DNA of 63,975 nucleotides, counting the filler, from Octopus bimaculoides (taxonomy: Eukaryota), in NCBI RefSeq assembly GCF_001194135.2. It is 9 parts of 8 records of this genome, joined end to end, with 100 filler letters (N's around TTAATTAATTAA, not from the genome) between each part and the next. Parts side by side here need not be neighbours in the genome. Positions count along the whole stretch, not along the records: positions 7,991 to 13,266 come from NC_068995.1; positions 13,367 to 15,609 come from NW_026367606.1; positions 15,710 to 25,754 come from NC_069003.1; 6 more parts are not named here. One strand, given 5' to 3'. Shown one piece after another: positions 11,643-22,689 of this stretch. Within the stretch, counting starts at the first letter, position 1. Each line of letters starts with the position of its first letter. The notes below the pieces were generated by a model. The model worked only from the letters and a program-made list of their open reading frames with translations. It was not told where the DNA came from and did not search any database. A program made the translations under genes and the position numbers.

Positions 11643-13004
11643 TGATGAAAGGAAGAAAATGACAAATTATGGATGTATAAATAATTTATTTGTATGATAT
11701 AATGAGGCTGAACGATTTTTTTTTATAAAAACAATACCAATAAATTATAGAGCTCTAAAAGAAATGGCAAATGACAACATATGTTTCAATTCATGCCCCA
11801 AGGTGAATAGTAATTCTAAGAATTTGGGTAGGGAAGAATTATACAATAAAATAAATGAAAGATAAATTAGATAGTAAAAAAATATTAGTTGACCATTATA
11901 GATGAATAATTTTCATCGGTTTGGTAATAGATACAGTTCAGGAAATCTATGGATGCATAGTGTTCACATCATATTGTGTCATATTTAAAATCAGGTATAG
12001 ACAAAAGTTTGAAAAATCTGACCATTATGATATGTATCTTAAAAGCCTTACATGTGAACCCTTATTTGTCAATATATAAGATGTATATATTCATATTTAT
12101 GTATTTATACATTCATAGGAAACCCCTAGTTTGGAGATTTGAGGTTCAAGGAATTAAGTAATTTATTAATATCTCTAATACTACCCATGTATAAATAAAA
12201 CTCCCATATTGTTAACCTAATTTTTGACAATGTGTATAAGGGACCCTTATACACATTAAAATATGGTACTTCAATATATATGTGTACATACTTACTCATA
12301 TACACACATATGCATATATTCACACAATATACACACACACACTCAAAATATATATATTTATTAAATTTAGTTTTATTTATCTATTATCAGAAAGGTTAAG
12401 TTGTTAGAGTTATGTCATTGGAAGTTTAATATCTAGAATTGATCAGTTAGATCAACTAAAAAGAAAAATTGAATGAGAGAGTGAAGGGGAAAAAAAAATA
12501 AAATATAATATAATGAAATAAAATTTAGAATATATGGAAGCATATATTGGGTATTTGTTATAATATAGCATAATATGTTTGCAATTATTAATTATTAACT
12601 AAATGAATAAGTAAATTGGAGATCATTTCATTATAAGTAGGAATAGCATATTACGTTACAAGAAGAAAAAAAACACAGTATTTGTATTTATGATTGATTG
12701 CTTTTTTGCTAAGGTAGATTACATTAGAACTATTTATCAGTTAAATGAAGTGTTGGTATTTGAAGATGATTTAACAAATCTTTCAACCTCATTATATCAT
12801 ATGAATAAAATTATTTATACATCCATAATTCTCCATTTTCATCCTTTCATCATTATTAACAATACGTATTACTATAATAATTCCTAACATATTGCTGAAA
12901 CTTTCTCCTTATATGATAGTGATTAACCAGTGAAATTTTTGGATTATTTTACCCCTAATGAGGACTTGACATCCTTGAATTGACTATATATATATATATA
13001 TATA

Positions 13005-13420
13005 TCATCATCATCATCGTTTAACATCCGCTTTCCATGCTAGCATGAGTTGGACGATTTGACTGAGGACTGGTGAACCAGATGGCTACACCAGGCTCCA
13101 ATCTGATTTGGCAGAGTTTCTACAGCTCGATGCCCTTCCTAACGCCAACCACTCCAAGAGTGTAGTGGGTGCTTTTACATGCCACCGGCACGAAGGCCAG
13201 TAAGGTGGTACTGGCAATGGCCACGCTCAAAATGGTGTATTTTACGTGCCACCTGCACAGGAGCCANNNNNNNNNNNNNNNNNNNNNNNNNNNNNNNNNN
13301 NNNNNNNNNNTTAATTAATTAANNNNNNNNNNNNNNNNNNNNNNNNNNNNNNNNNNNNNNNNNNNNGCCGGGTCTTCTCACGCACAGCACATTTCCAAAG
13401 GTCTCGGTCAGTAAGACTCG
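13005..13420 (-). mobile_element. RTE LINE 3'UTR with (GAT)n tail
   Basis: 13367-13412 matches 161-205 of the RTE at the window start; ends in GCATGGAAAGCGGATGTTAAAC(GAT)n on the minus strand. Confidence 0.75.
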
Positions 13421-15744
13421 TATACACACACACACACACACACAAGATAATAGTCTTTTCATTTTATTTATTTCTATAAATAATGGCATTCTTTCGTACA
13501 TCGTTCTTTATTTTCATGACAAATACCAATATACTTCATCATTTGATATTACAAATCTACTGAAATTTGTGATTCTTTCTCATGACCACTTGTAATTTAT
13601 TGTAAGAACTACAGACTAAAAGACCCTGTAAGTTGTCAGGATATGAATTAATCATAGTAACACTACAAAAAAATTGTCCCTACATCTGTTCCTCCTTCTC
13701 CTTGTCAACAATTGTATTAACTAAATTATCACATATCTTTTATATCATTTTTCATCGCAGTCAATGTCAATGACAAAAGAGAGAGAAAAAAAAACCAGAT
13801 AAAAATAAAACAGAAAGAAAAGAAAAATCTTATGGTATCACATAAAAGGCACAATCGCTAAGTGTTTGGAAGAGTGCAGAGATTTTGTGTACAGGTCATA
13901 GATTTGAAAACCTGCCATAGAAGCTGCATTATAGTCCAAAATAGGCTATATATCACTTGTCTCAAACCGACTTAGAAGATATCAAGTGATCAGTATTAGT
14001 GGGGGTCAGTATACCACGATAAAAAAAAAGAGAAAAAACCTGCTGTATGGTATTGATGGTGGTGGTTGTGGTGGTGAAACAAAAAGTGAAAATATCCAAC
14101 TTGTTAACATGTTTAAAGGCACATTGTCAATTTTCCTATTTCTTTCTTAAAGTGACTCCTTCATATCTAGGTTGGCCTTTTCTTTTTTTGATAGCTAAAG
14201 CATGGCAGCATAAGTTTCTTTATATACTGATCTGAAGTAATATAAATGTGAAAGATAAAACATGAAAAGATTATGAATGAACTGAGATGTCTGAGAATTT
14301 TGTCAGAGAAACAATATAGGAAAATTTCACCATTTTTTCAACATTTCCTACAGCATTAGAGATGTAAGCTAAAGTGGGATACTTTATAATTTGCCATTAA
14401 AACTGAGCATGTATTTGGCTTCCCACAAGAACCTCTCCCCTCAGCATCATCATTGTTCTCCCCCTACACCTCATTGTTTTATTGTTCATTTTTCAATTAT
14501 TGAATGGGTTGGATAGAATTTGTTGGGGGTGGTTTTCCTATTGTTGGATGCCTTTCCTGTCACCAACTTTCACTTGATTCTTAGCAAGGTAATATATCCA
14601 CATGACTGGACATATTTTCATGGAAAACTGGAAATGAATGACACCATTTTTGTGCTGGTGATATTCACTTACAACTATAACTTGATGTCTAGTCAATGAA
14701 GCACAAACATAGATGCACACACACACGTGCGCGCGCACACACATACACACACACACACATACACACATATATATATATATATAGTTTATTGTTCCATTGA
14801 AGTAGGGTCAACAGAAAAGAACTCCATCCAGTGAAAGATAAATATCATTTAAAGTACACAGTATTTAAAATAAGAGCTACCATGAGTTTTATGCTATAGA
14901 AATATTAAGATTAGGCAGATTTATACAACATGCCTTGTATCTCCAAGCAATCTGCGGGCTCAGGGCACATAGTTCCATCTGAAAACTGAGATACTAATAC
15001 ATGAGAAAGTGCAAGAAAAAAATGAGAAGGTTGATGCAAAAAGGGAAAAGAGAAGACACTACTCTCTCTGGATTCAGCTATTGTCTCACAGGCTTTTGAA
15101 CTCCTCACCAGTTAATTATACCATGCCAGCTAGATTAATTATGACTTCTATAGTCAAAGGGGTGCAGGTCTCAATGTTTTTTTCTTTTTTGTTCACCTGT
15201 TGTCTTCTCATTCCACTTTTTGCATCATCCTTGCAAAAACTCATTGGTACAACAAAGGCAAATGTAAATCTGCCTACAACTCAGTTGCACGCCTGTGTTT
15301 CTCTTTTTTTTTCTGTGTTTTACTACGTAAAGGTCGCCAGCTGGCTACCCTGAGTAATTACTGATGGTACATGCCTGGAACAAAAGTGTAGCCTATACCA
15401 CTTTCTTTTAGTAAGATTATGAGAAAGATTCAAGTAAATATATCTGTAATAACAAGAGAAAATAACAAGAGAAAATGAATATAAAATATATTTGAGCACA
15501 ATTTCTCAAGAACACCTTGTTTTCCTTCTTTTTCTAAATATAAGATAATGGTACAAAATTAAAACAGTAAATATGAAAAAATCTATTGTGTTACATTTTA
15601 GACACTTTCNNNNNNNNNNNNNNNNNNNNNNNNNNNNNNNNNNNNNNNNNNNNTTAATTAATTAANNNNNNNNNNNNNNNNNNNNNNNNNNNNNNNNNNN
15701 NNNNNNNNNAGAGTAATATGCTTTATTTAAAAGCAACAGAAATA

Positions 15745-15800
15745 TAACAAAAGTTGTTACTCAGAGTTTCACGTTCCCGTTCGTCGGACAGTTTTGTTAA
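15745..15800 (-). ncRNA. Type I hammerhead ribozyme-like motif (CCGACGA core variant), left arm
   Basis: Minus strand AACAAAA-CTGT-CCGACGA-ACG(GGAA)CGT-GAA-ACTC(T)GAGT-A-ACAAC-TTTTGTT; stem I has one mismatch. Confidence 0.55.
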
Positions 15801-15823
15801 AAAGATGCGAGCTGACAGAATCT

Positions 15824-15879
15824 TTAGCAAAACTGTCCGACGAACGGGAACGTGAAACTCTGAGTAACAGCTATTGTTA
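15824..15879 (+). ncRNA. Type I hammerhead ribozyme-like motif (CCGACGA core variant), right arm
   Basis: CTGT(15833-36) CCGACGA ACG-GGAA-CGT GAA ACTC-T-GAGT A ACAG(15867-70); predicted cleavage after GUA at 15866; stem I extends further. Confidence 0.6.
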
Positions 15880-15907
15880 TATTTCTGCTGCTTTTAAATA
15901 AAGTATA

Positions 15908-15942
<35 letters not shown>

Positions 15943-16178
15943 ATGCATGTATGTAGGTATACAGTTAAGAAAATACGTATAATACTCATTTATTTTTATT
16001 TAAAAAAAAAAGCTACGATAAAAGTCTTATGATTAATGACACAGAAAATATCAAATATGTGGCTAATTAATTTAATGTGCTAATAATTTTAATGAATTAA
16101 GTATTATAACATCGATGTGATATTTACTGTATACCTACTTTTGCACCTCCCTGTATATTTATGTATTTGTGTGTGTGT

Positions 16179-16216
<38 letters not shown>

Positions 16217-16336
16217 GTGTGTGTGTGTGTGTGATCGAGGCAAAACAAACACCAACAAAAACATCTGAAACACGGTGATTATCTATATGCTAAAGGTAGA
16301 TAACTCTGACTGCCTTCGTATGATCACAATTACGGC

Positions 16337-16351
16337 GTTGCTAAGGGAAAC
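16337..16351 (+). promoter_or_regulatory. RFX X-box-like motif
   Basis: GTTGCT-AAG-GGAAAC fits RYYNYY-N(1-3)-RRNRAC; lies ~0.87 kb upstream of a motile-cilia gene ATG in a CpG-rich region. Confidence 0.55.
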
Positions 16352-16602
16352 TATGTTGAAATAACAACAGGTGCGACATAAGACAAAATAACAACGTTTT
16401 AATTTTTCTGTCTCCTTTCAAAATTAAAATCTAAGGAAAAAAAAAAGAAAAGAAGAGAAAAATCACAGAATCTCCGGTCATATACTACAAAAAAAAAACA
16501 AAAAAAACCCTTTACGGAATTTCACTGTCCAAATTGGTTTAAGAAATTTAGAAAAACAACTAAATTCATCGAAGCGGAAATAGAAAAGTTAGCATCGTTA
16601 AA

Positions 16603-17219
16603 GTAAGTAAGCTTGCTATTTAAAGATAATATATGAAGTTAACAAACCGTTTCCACGTTCGGTTTACTTTTACTGTTGATTTATAAGGAAGAGAAAAATT
16701 AGCCAAAACAAGTCGTTGTATCTTGGTTAAAAACAAGTTTACTGACGCTAATATTTTGTTAAAAGCCTGATATTTGTTGCCGTAAGCTTGCTTAGTTAAA
16801 AAACAGAAGCCACTAGGTTTTGTATTTCTGATACAGCGAAACGATTGTCACTCGATATGAACTCACGACCTAAGAATTAGTTGGGACACCTCGGTGGTTT
16901 AAGCAGTTTGTTGGTTTGTTTTGATCCTAACGCTGGGAGAAGTTTCGAAAACCGTGACAAGAATGGAAGTATTGTAGTATCAAACTGACTAACGTATGTT
17001 TCACGATGTTAAGAGCGTAAAGTCCAGTTTTACAATATATTGAACGAAATGTATGATGCCTTCGAGACAAAAGTATCATCTCTCCAATAACCTGGTGCCT
17101 CGATAGATACATCATTCATATCCGATTCAAATTTTGAAGATAAATTTCGATATTTTTATTTGACTATATATATATGTATGTATCAATAATTACTGCCTAT
17201 GATATTATATTATATTTAG
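16603..17219 (+). other. Candidate 5'UTR intron of CFAP57
   Basis: Donor AAA|GTAAGT at 16603 (alternative GTAAGC at 16607); acceptor TATATTTAG at 17218-19, 4 nt before the ATG in AAAGATGG. Confidence 0.4.
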
Positions 17220-17223
17220 AAAG

Positions 17224-20200
17224 ATGGTTATTGCCACAGCCTCTGTGAAACATATTTTCGGTCTGAATTCGGATGTTGCTGGGAACCTGTGTTACCAAGA
17301 TGAACAAAAAGTTGTTTATACATGTGGCTCATTCTACGTGGTATATAATATCGACCAGAAATCGCAGAAATGTATTGTGGCATCAGAAACGGGTCTTGGA
17401 ATCTCTTCTTTTGTCATCAGTTCCAACCGAAGATATATAGCCATTGCCGAAGTAGGGGATGACAAAGGACCTGTTTTATCGATTCATGACATCCATGCTA
17501 ACAGAAAAAGAAAAACTTTAATGGCCACTTCAAGCGATCAAATTGTCCAGGCCACGGAATATAAAAGTCTCGCTTTTTCGCCTGATTCTAAATATCTCGC
17601 CGCTCATACGGGTGGGCCCGATTGGGTTTTACAATACTGGGCATGGGAAAAATCAAAACTTTTGACCTTTATACGTACAGTTAACCCTCAATCCAAACCG
17701 ACTATTTATCAAGTGTGTTTTAATCCACAAGATAACACCCATATCGGCGTGATTGGTAACGGCGTATTGAGGAGTTTCCGCTATTCAGAAGGTAATCTGA
17801 AGCCGTTTAATTTCCCTAAAATCGAGCCCCAAAATTTCACCAGTTTCACATGGATATCAGATGAACGTTTACTTGTCGGTACTGATAAAGGAAAGGTCCT
17901 CGTGATTGAATCGGGCGAGTCCAAAGCAGAATTCAACCCGCTCAGTGACGTATTTTTAGAATCACGATCTAAAGATTCTCAATCGAAAGAATTAGTTCGT
18001 TACATTACTAAAGACGAATTCAAAGACCAGTCAACAGAGGTGTCGGCTATCGTGGCCTATTCAAAAGGGTTCGCTTGTGCATGTGGTGTGGGCACCGTTC
18101 ATTTGTTCGAACGTTCAGAAGAAAAAGAACTTTACAAAAAGACCCGAGAAGTGCTGATTCCGGTAGATAACAGCGTTACTTTACCTAACAGCAGTACCTA
18201 CAAGCAAATAATAACTTGTATGACGATCAGTCCATCAGAAGAAACCTTAGTGGTTAGCAGTAACACCAACCAGATTTACAGCATCGCTTTATCATCAACT
18301 GATCTGAGGCCCGGGGGTCAGAGGTTACTGAATTTCGAGCTTCTAGCTCAAAGTTTCCACTCGAATGTTGTCACTGGTCTTGATATTTGTGCACGCAAAC
18401 CAATTGCTGTTACATCTTCACTCGATCGCAGTATCCGTATTTGGAACTTCGAAACTTGCTCGCAGGAATTATTCAAAGAGTTTTCAGAAGAGATATGCAG
18501 CGTTGCTCTTCATCCATCTGGTCTGTATATCTTAGTGGGTTTCACCGATAAACTTAAACTCATGAATATTCTTATTGACGACATCAAACAATTTCAGGAG
18601 TTTCCATGTAAGAACTGCCGCGAATGTGCTTTTAGCAATGGCGGACATCTTTTCGCGGCAGTCAACGGTAATGTAATCCAGATTTATTCGACTGTGACAT
18701 TTGAACTCATTATCAACCTTAAAGGTCACAATAAACTAGTAAATTCCGTTGTTTGGAGCCCCGATGACAGTAAATTAGTTTCGTGCGGGGGAGACGGAGC
18801 TGTATATGAATGGGAACCTCTTACAGGAAAACGAGTCGGTGAGAATGTTCTGAAAACATGCGTTTATAGCACCGTGTCAATATCGCCTGATGGTAAAACC
18901 GTCTATGCAGTCGGCAATGATAATAAATTAAAAGAAATAAGCGATTCGCAGGTTTTTCACCAAGTCGAAGCAGGTGATGTGACTTTGACAAGTGTCTCTC
19001 TTTCACACACTGGTCGAATGCTGTTTGCTGGAACCAGCAATGGTTGTTTATGGAGTCTGAAGTTTCCGCTTGGGGCGAGTGGAGAATGGCAAGAGTACAA
19101 AGGCCACAGGAGTAAAATAACGCGAATGAGAGTCACTTTCGATGACCAATATCTTGTCAGTGTATCGGAAGATTCCACTGTAATGGTTTGGCAAATCCAA
19201 GATAAAGACAGCCGTGGCATCAAACGTGATAAGGATTCTCTGCGATGCGTTTACGCAGACGAGATTCTTATAACAAAAAGTGATCTGGAAGAAAAAAATG
19301 CTATCATGTCGGAATTGAGAACCAGAGTAAACGAATTGGGAATGGAAAATGAGTATCAACTAAGACTAAAAGACATGAATTACAATGAGAAAATCAAAGA
19401 ACTCACCGATAAGTTCATTCAGGAAATGGAATCGCTGAAAACTAAAAATCAAGTTCTGAAAACTGAGCGAGATAAACAGGAAGCGAAACACGAAGAACAA
19501 TTAACAGAAATTATGCAAAAACACGCCAAAGAGCTTCAAGATTTGGAGTCTGCAAATAACCAAAAATTAATGCTGGAATATGAAAAGTACCAAGAACTCC
19601 AAACAAAACTGATGAAAATGCAAGAGGAAAATGAACACCGCTTGCAAGAAATGGACGAATCGAAGAAAAATGCTTTAAATGAAATGGAAGAAAAATTTGA
19701 AAGTAAACGTCTTGAAATGGTTTCAAAACTGCATCAGTCCCAGGAGGAAAATCGCCGTAGACAGAAAGAAGAAGAACTCACGAGAAAAATGATGGAAGAA
19801 GATGCAGATATAGAAATCTTAAACATAAAAACAGATTTGGAAAGGGAGTTGCGTCGGGAAAAGGATTCTAATATAAAGTTGAAAAGTGAGAGCGGGATTC
19901 TGAAGCAGAAGTTTTCCACATTGCAGAAGGACATCGACGAACACAAAGAAGCCAGTCGCAAATATCAAGACGAAATCAATAAATTGAATACGGTTATTCG
20001 TAATTTAGAGAAAGACATTTTAGGTTTAAAAAAAGAGATCTTAGAGAGAGACGAAACCATACAAGACAAAGAGAAACGTATTTATGACCTGAAGAAGAAG
20101 AACCAGGAACTTGAAAAATTCAAATTCGTTCTCGATTATAAGATAAAAGAATTGAAAAAGCAAATCGAACCCCGAGAGGACGAAATTAAACGAATGTGCT

Positions 20201-20991
20201 CTCAAATCCAAGAGATGGAGAGTGAATTGGAACAATCTCGAAAGTCTAACATCAGTTTGGAGTTGAAGATAACTGACTTGAAACAGAAACACAACGCCAC
20301 TTCAAAGGCTCTCTATCAAAAGGGACAACTGGTAAAAGATACCGAAGCTCTGGTGATGCGTTTCAAAACAGATTTACATCGCTGCGTCATTTATATTCAG
20401 GAACCGAAGTGTCTGAAGGAAAGCATCAAATGTTTGTACCGGAAATATGTACAGGACGACATCACGGAAACGGTCAGTGTGGACGCTGACATACAAAAAG
20501 AGGAACATCGCCAACGAGAGCATTTGAATCATACGGTGACATCTCTGAAGAGAAAGCTTGTCACTGATTCCAAAATACACCGAAAGGAGAATGTAAAGAT
20601 CATGCAAGAGAATGTGACACTTATCAAAGACATAAACGATCTACAATTAGAACTGAAGTCGTGCCGCACCAAAATACACGATCTTGAAGCGGCCCTCGGT
20701 ATGCACAGTAAGTCATTTAAGAAAAGCGCGAGCAAGAACGATTGGAGAAAGGACCCAGTCGAACTGCTAGCTGCTATGGCTAATAAATCTCCCAGCGCCA
20801 TTCAGCAGAGTGAATTGATGGAATGCAAGCGGATGCTGGAAATTCAAAGAGACGAGATCAAACGCTTACGTCAAGAATTGGAGACACGGCCGCTGTCGTC
20901 GGGGACTCCGAAGTTGCCACCCGTCTTAAAGGCTAACGACGAAGATGAGGCAGTGATAAAGAGCGATAGTTCTCTCGACCATAACAACTGA
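17224..20991 (+). CDS. CFAP57: Cilia- and flagella-associated protein 57 (WDR65); WD40 repeats plus long coiled coil; single coding exon, 1255 aa
   Basis: Uninterrupted 3768-bp ORF. N-terminus (HIFGL...YNIDQKSQK...ISSNRRYIAIAE...AFSPDSKYL...FNPQDNT) and C-terminal motifs (EILITKSDLEEKN, ELEKFKFVLDYKIKELKKQIEPRE) match the CFAP57 family as recalled. Confidence 0.95.
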   Translation: MVIATASVKHIFGLNSDVAGNLCYQDEQKVVYTCGSFYVVYNIDQKSQKCIVASETGLGISSFVISSNRRYIAIAEVGDDKGPVLSIHDIHANRKRKTLMATSSDQIVQATEYKSLAFSPDSKYLAAHTGGPDWVLQYWAWEKSKLLTFIRTVNPQSKPTIYQVCFNPQDNTHIGVIGNGVLRSFRYSEGNLKPFNFPKIEPQNFTSFTWISDERLLVGTDKGKVLVIESGESKAEFNPLSDVFLESRSKDSQSKELVRYITKDEFKDQSTEVSAIVAYSKGFACACGVGTVHLFERSEEKELYKKTREVLIPVDNSVTLPNSSTYKQIITCMTISPSEETLVVSSNTNQIYSIALSSTDLRPGGQRLLNFELLAQSFHSNVVTGLDICARKPIAVTSSLDRSIRIWNFETCSQELFKEFSEEICSVALHPSGLYILVGFTDKLKLMNILIDDIKQFQEFPCKNCRECAFSNGGHLFAAVNGNVIQIYSTVTFELIINLKGHNKLVNSVVWSPDDSKLVSCGGDGAVYEWEPLTGKRVGENVLKTCVYSTVSISPDGKTVYAVGNDNKLKEISDSQVFHQVEAGDVTLTSVSLSHTGRMLFAGTSNGCLWSLKFPLGASGEWQEYKGHRSKITRMRVTFDDQYLVSVSEDSTVMVWQIQDKDSRGIKRDKDSLRCVYADEILITKSDLEEKNAIMSELRTRVNELGMENEYQLRLKDMNYNEKIKELTDKFIQEMESLKTKNQVLKTERDKQEAKHEEQLTEIMQKHAKELQDLESANNQKLMLEYEKYQELQTKLMKMQEENEHRLQEMDESKKNALNEMEEKFESKRLEMVSKLHQSQEENRRRQKEEELTRKMMEEDADIEILNIKTDLERELRREKDSNIKLKSESGILKQKFSTLQKDIDEHKEASRKYQDEINKLNTVIRNLEKDILGLKKEILERDETIQDKEKRIYDLKKKNQELEKFKFVLDYKIKELKKQIEPREDEIKRMCSQIQEMESELEQSRKSNISLELKITDLKQKHNATSKALYQKGQLVKDTEALVMRFKTDLHRCVIYIQEPKCLKESIKCLYRKYVQDDITETVSVDADIQKEEHRQREHLNHTVTSLKRKLVTDSKIHRKENVKIMQENVTLIKDINDLQLELKSCRTKIHDLEAALGMHSKSFKKSASKNDWRKDPVELLAAMANKSPSAIQQSELMECKRMLEIQRDEIKRLRQELETRPLSSGTPKLPPVLKANDEDEAVIKSDSSLDHNN

Positions 20992-20999
20992 CGCTTTAA

Positions 21000-21014
21000 T
21001 TAATTAATTAATTA

Positions 21015-21102
<88 letters not shown>
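21000..21102 (+). repeat. (TTAA)n-(AAT)n-(GAT)n compound microsatellite, tail of the adjacent antisense SINE
   Basis: Visible directly; contiguous with the 3' end of the SINE at 21103-21317. Confidence 0.85.
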
Positions 21103-21104
<2 letters not shown>

Positions 21105-21317
21105 GATTTAAGCACAAGCCAAGCGATTTTTTAGGGGAGGGTTATGGTTGATTACATTGATACCTGTGCTCAACTTGTACTTATTTCATGGAACTCGAAA
21201 GGACGAAACGCAAAGTCGACATCAGCGGAGTTTTAACGCAGAACGTAAAGAGTTGGAGGAAATGTCAATAAGCGTTTCATATGCGATGCTCTACTGATTC
21301 TGTTACCTTCGCCGTCC
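21103..21317 (-). mobile_element. SINE family A, antisense in the putative CFAP57 3'UTR
   Basis: Reverse complement reads GGACGGCGAAGGTAACAGAATC...TTCTGCGTTAAAACTCCGCTGATGTCGACTTTGCG..., matching family A. Confidence 0.75.
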
Positions 21318-21408
21318 TCACAATAACAATATGTATGCAAAAGCCTAACAAAAGACATTAATACAAACAACGCAAATCCATTTCTAATCGTTTCGTTTAA
21401 AATTATTC

Positions 21409-21414
21409 AATAAA
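21409..21414 (+). terminator. Candidate polyadenylation signal for CFAP57
   Basis: First AATAAA downstream of the stop codon (~420 nt). Confidence 0.4.
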
Positions 21415-21487
21415 TGCAATTTGTAAAATGGTTGGTTTGCTTTAATTTTGTACGCGCGCGCAGACACATACATGGTATACATGTATA

Positions 21488-21529
<42 letters not shown>

Positions 21530-22099
21530 GATGCAAATAAACAAACTTAACCAAGGCACATAACTCATAACTGACTCACTTGGAACTTTTTTCCAGCCTA
21601 CCGCCATTACAGAGTATTGGTGGCCGGAAGCAGGGGTCTCCGGCTCCTGACATCTCAAGACAACTTCCTAACATCTCCTTCAAAACCACCACCACCACTA
21701 CCACTACCACTACCACCACNNNNNNNNNNNNNNNNNNNNNNNNNNNNNNNNNNNNNNNNNNNNNNNNNNNNNNNNNNNNNNNNNNNNNNNNNNNNNNNNN
21801 NNNNNNNNNNNNNNNNNNNNNNNNNNNNNNNNNNNNNNNNNNNNNNNNNNNNNNNNNNNNNNNNNNNNNNNNNNNNNNNNNNNNNNNNNNNNNNNNNNNN
21901 NNNNNNNNNNNNNNNNNNNNNNNNNNNNNNNNNNNNNNNNNNNNNNNNNNNNNNNNNNNNNNNNNNNNNNNNNNNNNNNNNNNNNNNNNNNNNNNNTTTC
22001 ACCTCCTTTCTTTCCTTCCTCTCCTGTCCACGTCTTCATCCGCTAATCTTCTTCCTAAAATAACCCCTACCCACTCCCGTCCATTTTTGCCTCCACCAC

Positions 22100-22400
22100 C
22101 TTCTTAGCCACCCATTTTTACATACACACCCGTCGCTGCCACTGGTACCACACCACAATCATCCCTACCACCATCATGACCGCCACAACAACCACGACTG
22201 TCACTACCAACAACACTACCGCCACAACCTCCATCACCGCCACAACGATCACCACCCCCACCATTACTACCATCACCATCATCATCACTGTCACCACCAC
22301 CACCACCACCACCATCATCACGACCGCCACCATCTCTACCGTCACCACGAATACCACCACCACCATAGCCCTCTCCCTCCCCTTTACCCACAGCCCTCAT
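22100..22400 (+). repeat. Degenerate (CCA/CAC/CAT)n low-complexity tract
   Basis: Visible directly; yields Thr/Gly/Val-rich spurious ORFs. Confidence 0.85.
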
Positions 22401-22689
22401 TGATCAAACCGTTTCCTTCTGCAACATCCTTCCATCCTATGGGCTCCCAGCAATTACTGGAGCCATTGACCCTAAACCAACCTTTCATACCAGGAAGTGT
22501 CTGAGTCCGCTTCTTTCTAAAAACGGTGAGTTGCCAGCAGTGTTTTTAAGTGCGTCGTGGAATTTTGAAAAAACAAATGTGTATAGGAGCAAGCATTGGT
22601 GTGTATGTGTGTTTAAGAAACTAGCTTCCCTAGCACACGGTTTCGTGTTCAGTCCCGCTACGTAACCACAAAGCTGCAAGCTGAACAAT

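Larger units (their letters stand above)
15717..15907. repeat. Near-perfect inverted repeat, ~88-90-bp arms, 13-nt spacer
   Basis: 15717-15806 is the reverse complement of 15820-15907 with about 5 substitutions and one small indel; spacer GCGAGCTGACAGA. Confidence 0.95.

Noticed and set aside
20992-21102. Decayed poly(A) tail of a CFAP57 retrocopy
   Set aside because: The repeats begin a few nt after the stop with no preceding AATAAA, and are better explained as the tail of the adjacent antisense SINE; no TSDs were found.
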